The position numbers and the translations under genes are program-made. Source: Gammaproteobacteria bacterium (GTDB lineage: Bacteria; Pseudomonadota; Gammaproteobacteria; Ga0077536). Taken from it: DNA of 64,000 nucleotides. The notes beneath the pieces are model-generated. The model was not told the DNA's origin. It did not search any database and saw nothing but the letters and a program-made list of their open reading frames with translations. Below are positions 1 to 9,773 of the stretch, piece after piece. The stretch's first letter is position 1, and each line of letters opens with the position of its first letter. The stretch spans positions 160,001 to 224,000 of the forward strand of contig CAXXLL010000003.1 in the NCBI GenBank assembly GCA_963662545.2. The letters are read 5' to 3'.

Positions 1-730
1 GGGCGTGATCGCCGGGCGCGACCCGGACGACCCAACGAGCCTGACGGCGCCCGTACCGGATTACCTCGCCGCGATCGACAAGCCCATCAAAGATTTGACC
101 ATCGGCCTCGATGAAGCCTACTGCACGGAAGCCGTGGACGATCAAGTCGCTGCGATGGTCATGCAGGCGGTGGAGGTGTTGCGCGGATGCGGCGCAGAAA
201 TCAAAGCCGTTACCCTCCCGGACATGCGCGAGATGGTGACCGGTTGGGAGAAGTTCTGCGGGGTGGAGACGGCCATCTTTCACGAAGAGTTCTATCCCGC
301 GAAAAAGGAACAGTACGGGCCGGGATTGGCGTGCTTGATCGAAATCGGGCGCAGCACGAGCGGTATGGATTACGCCAAGCTCCAGATCGAGCGCCAGAAA
401 TTCGCCGGCAATCTGGCGGCGCTGTTCGAGGACATCGATTGCTTTATCTCGCCGGCGCTTCCCTATCCGACACCGACACTCGCCTTCATGGAGGCGGTGT
501 GCTTGGAGCAGGACGCTGAAGATCTTCTACGGCTCATCACCTTTACGTCGCCGTACGACATGTCGGGCAGTCCGACGCTCAGCCTGCCGGGCGGCATCGA
601 TGCCGACGGCCTTCCGTTCGGTTTTCAGTTGATCGGACCCCATCTCAGCGAGGCGATGCTCGTGCGTGCCGGCTATGCCTACCAGCAGGATACGGATTGG
701 CATACTCAGCGCCCGCCGCTGCCGAGCTGA
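1..730 (+). CDS. Amidase signature family protein, C-terminal part (5' end outside window)
   Basis: ORF 5..730 begins IAGRDPDDPTS and contains FTSPYDMSGSPTLSLPGG...GLPFGFQLIG, a typical amidase/GatA-like C-terminus. Confidence 0.85.
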   Translation, partial: GVIAGRDPDDPTSLTAPVPDYLAAIDKPIKDLTIGLDEAYCTEAVDDQVAAMVMQAVEVLRGCGAEIKAVTLPDMREMVTGWEKFCGVETAIFHEEFYPAKKEQYGPGLACLIEIGRSTSGMDYAKLQIERQKFAGNLAALFEDIDCFISPALPYPTPTLAFMEAVCLEQDAEDLLRLITFTSPYDMSGSPTLSLPGGIDADGLPFGFQLIGPHLSEAMLVRAGYAYQQDTDWHTQRPPLPS

Positions 731-756
731 GACGCGGCCGAGCTTATACTGCAGCC

Positions 757-2391
757 ATGACCATGCAGCGAACGCCACTGCTCATGTGGCGGCTTTTGGA
801 TCGCGGCACCTGGATCGCGCCCGACGAAGAGATCGTCAACGCGACCCCTACCGGCGTGCACTGCCAGACCTATGCCCAGACCGCCGCGCGGGCGCGCCAG
901 CTCGCCCACGCGCTCAAGGCGCATGGCATCGGCGTCGGCGAGCGGGTGGGGAGCTTTATGTGGAACCACCACCGCCACTTCGAGATGTATCAGGCCGTGC
1001 CGTCGATGGGCGCGGTCTTGCACACCGTCAATATTCGACTGAGTCCCGGCGACCTCGAATTCATCATCAATCACGCCGAGGATCGGGTGATCGTGATCGA
1101 CGAGGATCTGCTGCCGCTGCTCGAGCCGTTAGCGGAAAAACTTCGCACAGTCGAGCGAGTGGTGGTGAGTTCGGAGTCCGGGGACTGGGAGACTGATCTC
1201 CCCGGGGCGATCGATTACGAGGACTTCATCGGTAGTCAGCCCACTGAGTTCGCGTGGCCCGATCTGGACGAGCATGCGCCATTGGGCCTCTGCTATACGA
1301 GCGGCACGACCGGGCACCCGAAGGGTGCGATGTACACCCACCGATCGACTTACTTACACACCATGGCCGAGGCCATGACTGACACCATGGCCATGTCGGC
1401 CACCGACACGGTTTTTTGTATCGTGCCGATGTTTCACGCCATGTGTTGGGGTCTGCCTTATACCGCCACGATGCTCGGCGCCAAACAGGTCTACCCAAAC
1501 CGCTTCATGGAGCCGACGCGGCTGTTGGATCTGATGGCGACAGAGGGTGTGACCCTGGCCTGCGGGGTGCCGACGATCTGGCAGGGCGTGCACGCCGCCA
1601 TTGAAGCGGAGCCCGAGCGTTGGGACCTCTCCAAACTCGAGCGGGTTTTGTGCGGCGGTTCGGCGCCGCCGGCCTCGTTGCTGCGCTGGTACTGGGACGC
1701 GCTCGGCGTCGAAATGATCCAGGCCTGGGGGATGACCGAAACCAATCCGCTCGGCGTAGTTTCGCGGCGTGTCGCGAAACGTGCGCACCGCCCGCTCTCG
1801 ATCGATGAGCAGTTCGACAACGTGGCTAAGACTGGGCTGCTGGCGCCGGGTCTAGAAATGGAGATCGTCGACGAGGACTTCAAGCCACTTCCGCACGACG
1901 GCGATGCGTTCGGCGAACTTCTAATCCGCGGGCCGTGGATCGCGGCCGAGTACTACCGGGATCCGCAGCCCGATAAATTTCACGACGGCTGGCTGCTGAC
2001 GGGCGACGTCGCCCGGATCGATCCGGAGCAGTACCTGATCATCACCGACCGCTCCAAGGATCTGATCAAGTCGGGCGGTGAGTGGATCTCCTCGGTCGAC
2101 CTCGAGAATCATATCTGCGCGTTGCCGGGTGTGGCGCAGGCCGCCGTCGTCGCGCAACCCCACCCGAAATGGGACGAACGTCCGGTCGCGCTGGTGATAC
2201 GAGCCGATGGCGAGGAAATCGCTGCCGAGGAAGTCATCGAGCACTGCCGCCGAGCTTTCGCGAAGTGGCAGCTACCGGACGAAGTGGTGTTCGTCGACCA
2301 GTTAGCGTTGACGGCGACCGGCAAGCTCGACAAGAAAACCATCCGCGCCGAGCTCGAAAGAGAGGGTTATCGCTTGCCGGATCTGCGCTGA
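757..2391 (+). CDS. Fatty-acid/acyl-CoA ligase (AlkK/DmdB-like AMP-binding enzyme)
   Basis: [22 protein letters not shown] and [16 protein letters not shown] motifs; ATG at 757 is the likely start. Confidence 0.9.
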   Translation: MTMQRTPLLMWRLLDRGTWIAPDEEIVNATPTGVHCQTYAQTAARARQLAHALKAHGIGVGERVGSFMWNHHRHFEMYQAVPSMGAVLHTVNIRLSPGDLEFIINHAEDRVIVIDEDLLPLLEPLAEKLRTVERVVVSSESGDWETDLPGAIDYEDFIGSQPTEFAWPDLDEHAPLGLCYTSGTTGHPKGAMYTHRSTYLHTMAEAMTDTMAMSATDTVFCIVPMFHAMCWGLPYTATMLGAKQVYPNRFMEPTRLLDLMATEGVTLACGVPTIWQGVHAAIEAEPERWDLSKLERVLCGGSAPPASLLRWYWDALGVEMIQAWGMTETNPLGVVSRRVAKRAHRPLSIDEQFDNVAKTGLLAPGLEMEIVDEDFKPLPHDGDAFGELLIRGPWIAAEYYRDPQPDKFHDGWLLTGDVARIDPEQYLIITDRSKDLIKSGGEWISSVDLENHICALPGVAQAAVVAQPHPKWDERPVALVIRADGEEIAAEEVIEHCRRAFAKWQLPDEVVFVDQLALTATGKLDKKTIRAELEREGYRLPDLR

Positions 2392-2431
2392 CAATCCTCT
2401 TTCCAGGTCGCCTTGATAAACTGCGAAAGGA

Positions 2432-2506
2432 AAAAAGGGGACATCCCTAATTATACGTAGGTCGTGGCGTTATTCCGGGACGAAAAAGTGGAATATCCCC
2501 TTTATC
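2432..2506. repeat. REPIN-like palindromic element, family A copy 1
   Basis: aaaaaggggacatccctaatt...gtggaatatcccctttatc; near-identical to 5683-5757 and to 7033-7048 plus 8398-8456. Confidence 0.9.
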
Positions 2507-2569
2507 GCACCATCGCCGGGAGCGCACCCTTCTTAACGATCGACTTATCTGCCCGCCGGAGGATCCACT

Positions 2570-3733
2570 TTGCAAATTAAACAGATAAATTCACTACATT
2601 GTGATGCCGGATGGCGAAACTACCATTTTGTGAAAATTGTCGCGGCCGATGGTACGTGTGGCTACAGCGAATACGACGAGGGGTTCGGCTCGCCCGGCAT
2701 AACCGCCGTCATTGAATCCCTACGAGAACGGCTCATCGGGCAAAATGCCATGGAACACGAGCGCCTATTTGCAATCATGCTCGGCGCTACGCGGCCAGCC
2801 TACGTCGGCGTTGTCGCTGAGGGGATAGGCGCAATTGAAAACGCGCTTCTTGACCTGAAAGCTAAGCTGTTGGGTGTGCCCTGTTACGAACTTCTGGGCG
2901 GTAAAATTCGAGACCGCATTCGCGTGTACTGGTCCCATTGCGCGACTTGGCGGATCTTCGCGCCGCAATACTATCCACCAGCCATAACTTCGCTAGATGA
3001 TGTCAAGGCGATGGGTGAGGAAGTACGCAACAAAGGTTTTACCGCGCTAAAAACGAATATGTTCACTTTCGACGATGGTGAGGCGCGCAATTGGGCACCG
3101 GGATTCAATTTCCCTTTCGCGCCAGAGCTCAATGTGGATCGCTATATACTGGATAATGTCCGTCACCATCTTGAAGCATTCCGTGGAGGTGCGGGGGACG
3201 ACATAGATATTTTGTTGGACCTGAATTTTAACGCCAAGACAGAGGGCTATCTAAAAGTATTACGAGAACTGGACGATTTCAATTTGTTCTGGGTGGAAAT
3301 CGACACACCGAGCGCGGATGCCTTGGCCTACATACGAGACCATAGCCGCCATCCTATTAGCTCGTGTGAAACCATTCTGGGTGGCCCGGCGTTTATTCCA
3401 TACTTTCAAAAGCAGGCCATGGATGTGGTGATAGTCGACGCCGTGTGGAATGGTGTTTGGCAATCCATGAAAATCGCCAATATGGCCGATGCCTACCAAG
3501 TCAATATCGCGCCGCATAACTTCTATGGTCACCTGGCGACTATGATGAACGCACATTTCGCGGCAAGCGTACCTAACCTGCGCATTATGGAAACGGACAT
3601 TGACCGTTTGCCCTGGGACAACGAAATTTTTACTCGCGAGCCAACCATCGTAGATGGATATTTAATTTTGGACGACACGCCTGGATGGGGGACTGAACCG
3701 AACCTGGAAGGCTTAGCTAGTGTGCATCCCTAA
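2570..3733 (+). CDS. Mandelate racemase/muconate lactonizing enzyme (enolase superfamily); C-terminus altered by IS insertion
   Basis: GGAGG then TTG start; AIENALLDLKAKLLGVPCYELLGG, KTN, DLN, APHN motifs; the last codons (SVHP*) are supplied by the IS end. Confidence 0.88.
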   Translation: MQIKQINSLHCDAGWRNYHFVKIVAADGTCGYSEYDEGFGSPGITAVIESLRERLIGQNAMEHERLFAIMLGATRPAYVGVVAEGIGAIENALLDLKAKLLGVPCYELLGGKIRDRIRVYWSHCATWRIFAPQYYPPAITSLDDVKAMGEEVRNKGFTALKTNMFTFDDGEARNWAPGFNFPFAPELNVDRYILDNVRHHLEAFRGGAGDDIDILLDLNFNAKTEGYLKVLRELDDFNLFWVEIDTPSADALAYIRDHSRHPISSCETILGGPAFIPYFQKQAMDVVIVDAVWNGVWQSMKIANMADAYQVNIAPHNFYGHLATMMNAHFAASVPNLRIMETDIDRLPWDNEIFTREPTIVDGYLILDDTPGWGTEPNLEGLASVHP

Positions 3734-5416
3734 ACGCGATGCGGTTGAAATAAAAAGGAAAATTTGTCGCTTAAGGGATCGAAACCTCCGGTAGGTCGTG
3801 ATCTAATGGAACTTCAAACCTCTGATTTTCCACACAATCATCGACACCACAGGAGGGGGAATGCGTCAGAAACGCACGGCCCAAGCGAGTATATACGAGC
3901 TGTTTGCTGACCATGACCTGGGGCGAGAGCTGCAGGGCATGTCCGAGTGGCTCGATGCTCACCCCAAGGTCCTCACGCCGGTCATGAACGATCTGTGTCG
4001 GCGGGGTTTGAAGCCCACCGGTCGACGCGGACTGTCGGCGGAGTCGGTGCTGCGCTGCGCGGTGCTCAAGCAGCACCGGCAATTGAGTTACGAGGAGCTG
4101 GCCTTTCACCTGCAGGACTCGGCGAGCTTTCAGGCCTTCGCCCGGTTGCCGGGTAATGAACGTCCGAAGAAGTCTGCCTTACAGCGGGTGGTCTCGGCGA
4201 TCCAGGTATCGACGTGGGAGTCTATTCATCGCGCCCTGCTGGCGACGGCGAAAGAGACGCGCATTGAGCCGGCACAGCGTGTACGGATTGATAGCACGGT
4301 AACGGACAGTGCCATCCACGCGCCGAGCGACAGTCATCTGCTGTGGGATGGCGTGCGTGTTGTGGTTCGTCTGCTCGCACAGGCGCGCGAGTTGCCTGGC
4401 GCGCCGGAGTTGTGCTTCGTGAACCACACTCGATTGGCGAAGAAGCGTGCGCGGGCGCTGTGGTATGCGCGTGGTGCGAAGCAACGCCAACGTCTGTATC
4501 GCGATTTGATTGGGGCGACGCGTTCAACCTTGGAAGCGGTAGCGAGGGTACGTGAGCAGCTGCTGAGCCCGGGCGTCACCGGCGTTGAACTGCCGGACTG
4601 GCTAGCGCAGGTAGCGCACTACGAAACACTTGTTCTGCAGGTGATTTCGCAAACTGAGCGGCGGGTGTTCGGCGGTGAGAAGGTCCCCGCGAGCGAGAAG
4701 TGCGTGAGCTTGTTCGAGCCGCATACCGACATCATCATAAAGGGTGCGCGCGACGTTCAGTACGGACACAAAATCAATCTGGCTTCGGGGCGCAGTGGCC
4801 TCATCCTCGACGTGGTCATCGAGCGAGGCAATCCGGTCGATAGTCAGCGCTTCATGCCGATGCTCGAACGGCATCGAACACACTACGGGACGATGCCACG
4901 ACAGGTCGCCGCCGATGGCGGCTATGCGAGCCTCGACAATCTCCGGGCGGCGAAAGCAGAAGGCATCGAAGACGTTGCCTTCCACAAGAAGCGCGGGCTC
5001 GCGATCGCCGACATGGTCAAGAGTCAGTGGGTCTATCGACGCTTGCGCAACTTCCGCGCCGGCATCGAGGCCGGTATCTCCTGCCTGAAGCGTGCATACG
5101 GATTGGCACGTTGCACCTGGAAGAGCCTGCCGCACTTCGAAGCCTACGTGTGGTCTTCTGTGGTCGCCTACAACCTCAGCCTGCTCGCGCGCTATCAACT
5201 CGAATAGCGACGTTCACTCGCACTAACTGACCTCCTCGATATCGTCGAACGGGCGACTTTGGGTTGCAGCGCTCTGCGGCCGGCGAACGTACTCACAATT
5301 ACGCTCGAAGAGCCCTTCGACCCCCACCGAACCGCCGCTACCGCTCCAACAACCTACTTTCAACACCTCGATTTCTCCGTGCCCATCGAAGAAAATGCCT
5401 GTTTATGGACGGACAC
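3720..5416 (+). mobile_element. ISNCY-like insertion sequence (~1.7 kb) with 6-bp TSD TAGCTA
   Basis: Imperfect terminal IRs gtgtgcatccctaaac / gtttatggacggacac; TAGCTA at 3714-3719 and 5417-5422. Confidence 0.88.
3861..5207 (+). CDS. ISNCY-family DDE transposase
   Basis: RIDSTV, SLFEPHTDII.KG.R...YGHK, AADGGYAS and FRAGIEAGIS.LKR motifs; RBS GGAGG. Confidence 0.9.
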   Translation: MRQKRTAQASIYELFADHDLGRELQGMSEWLDAHPKVLTPVMNDLCRRGLKPTGRRGLSAESVLRCAVLKQHRQLSYEELAFHLQDSASFQAFARLPGNERPKKSALQRVVSAIQVSTWESIHRALLATAKETRIEPAQRVRIDSTVTDSAIHAPSDSHLLWDGVRVVVRLLAQARELPGAPELCFVNHTRLAKKRARALWYARGAKQRQRLYRDLIGATRSTLEAVARVREQLLSPGVTGVELPDWLAQVAHYETLVLQVISQTERRVFGGEKVPASEKCVSLFEPHTDIIIKGARDVQYGHKINLASGRSGLILDVVIERGNPVDSQRFMPMLERHRTHYGTMPRQVAADGGYASLDNLRAAKAEGIEDVAFHKKRGLAIADMVKSQWVYRRLRNFRAGIEAGISCLKRAYGLARCTWKSLPHFEAYVWSSVVAYNLSLLARYQLE

Positions 5417-5472
5417 TAGCTAAGTACCCGCCAAAATCCGGACCCGGGTTTCTAGCCAGCATCGGGGCGTAG
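5417..5472 (+). pseudogene. Displaced original 3' tail of the enolase-superfamily gene
   Basis: Removing the IS and one TSD copy gives ...EGLAKYPPKSGPGFLASIGA* in frame. Confidence 0.8.
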
Positions 5473-5500
5473 GATGAGGGTCGAACGGCAGTTCCTGGCC

Positions 5501-5659
5501 GAGGCTGTGTCAAAAGTCGAAAAATGGAGCCCACCGCGAAAATTTTCCCCACTTAGGTTGTTATGCACGATTGATTAAGGGAACGCACCGCCTAAGGTAG
5601 GCGAATCGGGTTAAACTTCTCCCACTTTCAAAATTCGAAAATACTTTTGACACAGCCTC
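5501..5659. mobile_element. 159-bp MITE with 17-bp perfect terminal IRs and GGCC flanks (possibly IS1182-like ends)
   Basis: gaggctgtgtcaaaagt (5501-5517) / acttttgacacagcctc (5643-5659); GGCC at 5497-5500 and 5660-5663. Confidence 0.8.
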
Positions 5660-5682
5660 GGCCGTTTGCCGAAAAAGGGGCG

Positions 5683-5757
5683 AAAAAGGGGACATCCCTA
5701 ATTAAACGTAGATCGTGGCCTTATTCCGGGACGAAAAAGTGGAATGTCCCCTTTATC
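5683..5757. repeat. REPIN-like element, family A copy 2
   Basis: aaaaaggggacatccctaattaaacgtagatcgtgg...ggaatgtcccctttatc, preceded by a stuttered gaaaaagggg. Confidence 0.9.
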
Positions 5758-5823
5758 CCTCTCGAACGGGGACTCGAGGATCGAACCTGACGGCGTTTGC
5801 CGCGTGCGTGTTCCGCCGGCGAC

Positions 5824-6816
5824 CTATTGAAAAGCCGGATAGACGTCCCTGACGAAGCGCCTCAGCTGTTCCGTCTGATTCCGGGCAGCCAATCGTATGG
5901 TGATGATGTCGGCGCCGGCTTCGACGCGCGCGCGAATCGCCTCGATACATTGCTCCGGGCTGCCCATGGCCACCCACGTTTCGAGTTGTTCGCGGCTGAA
6001 GTCCGTCGTGTAGTACGCGTCGAGATATTCCTTGGCTTCGCGGAAAGCCGTGTCGCGATCCTCATTGACGTGGCAGTTGTAATACAGGCAGCGCGGCATG
6101 TCACTGACGTCCCGCCCAATCTGCGCGGCCTGCCGCTCGATACGCTGCCACGCGTTTCGAAACTGCTGCGGCGTGACCAGGGTTGTCTGCCAACCGTCCG
6201 CGATCTCCGCTACCCGCCGCGCTATGCGGTCGAGTAGCTTGTCCTTGACGCCGAAAATCTCGGGATTGTTCGCAATCCAGATTGGGCAGGGGTTCTGCAC
6301 GGGTTTGGGCTCGATGGTCAAATTCTCGAACTGGTAGTAGCGGCCCTCGTGAGAAACCGCGTCTCCGGCCCATAGCTTCCGCACAATTTCGATGCCTTCT
6401 TCCATGCGGACTGCCCGTTCCGCCAGATTCATGTTCATCGCCGCCCATTCGATTTCGGATTCGCCGGAGACCTGCCCGCGCGCGCCCTGGCATGCAACCA
6501 TGATGGAGCGACCGCCGCAGACGACGTCAAAACTCGCCCACTGGTAGGCCAGCAATACCGGATGACGCAGCGGAAAGCTGGCAAAGCACGCGGGTCCGAG
6601 CTTGACGCGCTCGGTCAGCGCGGCGACTGCCGACAAGAGGCTGACCGATTCGAGCCGGGGCTTGGCCGAGAGGCTGTCGCCGACCCAGATCGAATCGAAG
6701 GCACCGGACTGCTCGGCCTCCACGCTTAAAGCCAGGATTTCTTTCACCGTCGTGCTGCCGAGAACTACGCCGCGGTTGGACAGGGTCAGCCCGAAACTCA
6801 CTTTAGGTTTAGCCAT
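5824..6816 (-). CDS. LLM-class flavin-dependent oxidoreductase (luciferase-like)
   Basis: FDSIWVGDS, TERVKLG, PKPVQNPCPIWIA, ADGW and GSPEQC motifs. Confidence 0.88.
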   Translation of the reverse strand: MAKPKVSFGLTLSNRGVVLGSTTVKEILALSVEAEQSGAFDSIWVGDSLSAKPRLESVSLLSAVAALTERVKLGPACFASFPLRHPVLLAYQWASFDVVCGGRSIMVACQGARGQVSGESEIEWAAMNMNLAERAVRMEEGIEIVRKLWAGDAVSHEGRYYQFENLTIEPKPVQNPCPIWIANNPEIFGVKDKLLDRIARRVAEIADGWQTTLVTPQQFRNAWQRIERQAAQIGRDVSDMPRCLYYNCHVNEDRDTAFREAKEYLDAYYTTDFSREQLETWVAMGSPEQCIEAIRARVEAGADIITIRLAARNQTEQLRRFVRDVYPAFQ

Positions 6817-6828
6817 TTTCTTACTAAT

Positions 6829-7032
6829 CTATGCGAGATATTCTCGCAAGGTATTATCAGAGTAATCATCGCGGTACAGGCCTCTTTTCCGCAGGACCGG
6901 AACGAGTAAGTCCACGAGGTCCGCGTAATAATCCGGCCCGTAGTAAGGCGGCGAAATCTGAAATCCATCGCCGCCGCCCTCTTCAAGCAAGTACACCATC
7001 GCATCGGCGACCGGCTCCGGCGTACCCACAAG
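6829..7032 (-). pseudogene. 3' fragment of an NtaA/DmoA/DszA-family FMN-dependent monooxygenase
   Basis: LVGTPEPVAD...GGDGFQI...VDLLVPVLRKRGLYRDDYSDNTLREYL* is the characteristic C-terminus; it is cut off exactly at the family A repeat. Confidence 0.8.
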
Positions 7033-7071
7033 AAAAAGGGGACATCCCTTGAGGGATCCCCACAAATTCGA

Positions 7072-8262
7072 CTAGCAAAATTCAAGTTGCACAATGGCGC
7101 GTGCCTGTAGATCCCGGAGCGCCTGTAATAAAGTTGAGCGCTGGATTTGAAGTTGCTTGGCAATGAGGCGAGCACCAACGAATACCACGGATAGGACGGG
7201 CTTACGTCTTTCGGTATTGGCCTGTAAACCTTTCACTAAACCTGTTTGGTAACCGACCAAGCCGACCAACCATTGGGCCAGTGTGGCCAATGCGCACAGC
7301 AAGAGTAAGTTCGCCACTCTCTCGGGATCACGTCCCATGTTTTCTCTAAGTGCAAAGCCGTAACGGGGCGACTTCATGTCGCGGAAGCTCTCTTCAATCT
7401 GCATGCGGCGACGATACACGGCAACTACCCGATGCGCACTACGAAGGTTGTCCGGCAGATTGCTGGCCAATAACCACGGCTCACGCGCCGCTGCCGACGG
7501 TTTCTCGGTATTGCGAGCCCGCGCCGGTTTGCCGTAAGCCGTATAGCAGACACGCCCGCGTTTCTTACCTTTGTAAACGAATAAATGGGTGTCCAGCGGA
7601 TTACTTTTCGTGATCAAAAAACGACCCAGTGACTTCGGACGAGCATTGGCTTGGCCGTAGAGCACTTTGTTCGAATGCCATGCCGCCTCATCCATACCTC
7701 GCACGAGGTGACGATGACGGATGCGACCCACGTAATACCATCCCATTGAGGCCACAAGACTCAACCAGGGCGTCCGAAATCCTGCATCACTGACCAAGAT
7801 CGGACAACAGCCCGCAGGCAGAATGGCCTTCAGTCGCTTCAGAAAGCGTTTCTCCGCTTTGACACTCGCGTAATGGTGTTCGACTTCTTCATACACGGGG
7901 ATGGCTCGACCACCGACCGCTAAGGCCGCCCGCAATACATAGAGCTCTTGACGTTGATCCAGATTAGACCAATCCACCAACACCACCGGATGCGCACAGT
8001 CCGATACCAATAACCGAGCTATCCATTGATACCACTGCAAACGCTCACCACCGAGCTGACGATTACCCAGCAAGCGATCGACGCGCTTAATCGCGTGTTT
8101 CTCGCTCGTGCCACTGTCTATGCTCCGACCGATATGCGTCAGCCACAAACGTCGGCCCCGAAGTAAACCGCCGACCGCCGCCCAAACCGAGAGTCGACGA
8201 CCCAAATGCACACCGTATAGCGCTTCGCTGCTCATTTCATGTAACAATTTCAATACCTGCAT
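7072..8262 (-). CDS. IS4-family (IS10-like) transposase
   Basis: KHAIKRVDRLLGN, VLVDWS, DAGFRTPW and YRRRMQIEESFRDMKS (YREK-type) motifs. Confidence 0.93.
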   Translation of the reverse strand: MQVLKLLHEMSSEALYGVHLGRRLSVWAAVGGLLRGRRLWLTHIGRSIDSGTSEKHAIKRVDRLLGNRQLGGERLQWYQWIARLLVSDCAHPVVLVDWSNLDQRQELYVLRAALAVGGRAIPVYEEVEHHYASVKAEKRFLKRLKAILPAGCCPILVSDAGFRTPWLSLVASMGWYYVGRIRHRHLVRGMDEAAWHSNKVLYGQANARPKSLGRFLITKSNPLDTHLFVYKGKKRGRVCYTAYGKPARARNTEKPSAAAREPWLLASNLPDNLRSAHRVVAVYRRRMQIEESFRDMKSPRYGFALRENMGRDPERVANLLLLCALATLAQWLVGLVGYQTGLVKGLQANTERRKPVLSVVFVGARLIAKQLQIQRSTLLQALRDLQARAIVQLEFC

Positions 8263-8324
8263 GGCTCACCTCGTCGTTCACAGATTGTCTTGCAACAACT
8301 GAGATCAACTCGAGCCATGCAGGT
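8255..8324. promoter_or_regulatory. Stem-loop over the transposase start (IS10 RNA-OUT/sequestration-like)
   Basis: Perfect 13-bp IR acctgcatggctc (8255-8267) / gagccatgcaggt (8312-8324) that includes the ATG. Confidence 0.65.
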
Positions 8325-8790
8325 TCCACGAACCCACAAATCAATCTATCGCTTTGTATTTCGTTGGGGTTTTATGGGGATTCCTCAGGGACATCCCCAA
8401 TTAAACTTAGATCGTGGCGCTATTCCGGGACGAAAAAGTGGAATGTCCCCTTTATCCGCGTCGCTCAATTCCGTTACTCCCGCGGCGGCGATGGTTTGTC
8501 GCGAGGATTACGTCCAGTTCGCGTTGAAGCGAAAAAAATTATTTAAAACGTGAACGCGCCAAAATAATTCTGGACGGTATCGCAAAATTGTCCGTATCTG
8601 GGATCACACTCCGATAACCGCTACAAGGCGCACCGCTCATTTAAACATATTCCTAAATCCCGCCGTGTTCTATACCGGTGCTGCTCGAGCAACCTTCACC
8701 GATGAGATTGCATGCTGCGAAATCCAGGATCAATCGCGCAATGGCCATGGGCCGTGGCGCACACACGCCAATGTTTCCATTAGCCGCGAC

Positions 8791-9678
8791 TCACCTTTGA
8801 CTAATGGCATGTTTCAGTGATCGCGAGAGTTCCTCGCCCGCGGTCGAGGGCTCGGTATTAGCACGCTGACAAATGTAGACGGTTTGCGCGACCTCCGGCA
8901 TGCCGCGCGGTGAAGACACACGCGACAACCGACAGTTTGCCTTGGCGAACGAATTTTGCGCGGCCGCAACGAATTCCGGTAGAAAAACGGCGCAACGCCC
9001 CATTCGGGCCAAGGCCAAGGCTGATTCCAGCGAGGTCAGTTTATAGTGGGCGACCCGCGGAAACCGGCCGTAAGGCCAACCATCAATACCCAGTAAATTG
9101 GCGGTCGAACCGGGCGTAGCGGCAACGGGGATGGCAAACGGAATCTCGGCAAAAGGCGTGCGTTTGAAAACGCCCGTTCGTGCAAAGACGCCGAAACGAC
9201 TGGTGCCGACGGCTTTGAAATCCAACCCCTTGTGTGGGAACGGTGCGTAAGTGATGCCGTAATCGGATTCTCCTCGAAGCACGGCCGGTCCGATGTCTTG
9301 CACGGATAGTTCTATGACATGTAGCGCGTAGGCCGTCAGTGTATGTTCAACCATTTGCGCCAGTACGTGAGTCGTAAACACTTCGAAAGAGGCAATGCGC
9401 AAGGTCGCAGGCTGTGACGGCGCGGTGGTATCGAAACTTTTCAGGAGGCGTTGATGCTCTTCGATCAGACGATGCGATTCACGATACAAGCGGTGTCCGT
9501 CGACGGTCGGGGATAGTGCTCGCCCGACCCGACTGAAAAGCGTCTTACCGAATTCGGCTTCCAGATCCTGCATCGATTTAGACAGCGCGCCCGCGGTCAG
9601 GTGCAGCAGTCCCGCGGCCTTAACAAGCCCACCTGCTTCAACAATCGTGCGGAATTGGCGCAATCTCTTAATTTCCAT
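8791..9678 (-). CDS. LysR-family transcriptional regulator
   Basis: N-terminal HTH (MEIKRLRQFRTIVEAGGLVKAAGLLHLTAGALSKSMQDLE...LFSRVGR); 295 aa; divergent from the next gene. Confidence 0.9.
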   Translation of the reverse strand: MEIKRLRQFRTIVEAGGLVKAAGLLHLTAGALSKSMQDLEAEFGKTLFSRVGRALSPTVDGHRLYRESHRLIEEHQRLLKSFDTTAPSQPATLRIASFEVFTTHVLAQMVEHTLTAYALHVIELSVQDIGPAVLRGESDYGITYAPFPHKGLDFKAVGTSRFGVFARTGVFKRTPFAEIPFAIPVAATPGSTANLLGIDGWPYGRFPRVAHYKLTSLESALALARMGRCAVFLPEFVAAAQNSFAKANCRLSRVSSPRGMPEVAQTVYICQRANTEPSTAGEELSRSLKHAISQR

Positions 9679-9773
9679 ATAGGAAACTATTATAGAAATA
9701 AATTCGATTTTAGTGAAATTTTAATTCCATTAGGATTCGCCTTCGAAGGCTCGGCGAACACAGGAGATCAAAC

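Larger units (their letters stand above)
7049..8388 (-). mobile_element. IS4-family (IS10 group) insertion sequence, 1340 bp, 9-bp TSD GGACATCCC
   Basis: Ends ttgagggatccccacaaa / tttatggggattcctcag resemble the IS10 end CTGAGAGATCCCC; GGACATCCC at 7040-7048 and 8389-8397. Confidence 0.92.
7033..8456. repeat. REPIN-like element, family A copy 3, split by the IS10-like element
   Basis: 7033-7048 joined to 8398-8456 reconstitutes the ~75-bp element. Confidence 0.88.

Noticed and set aside
6829-7065. 78-aa ORF as an intact gene
   Set aside because: Its start lies in the IS end and repeat; only the monooxygenase tail is genuine
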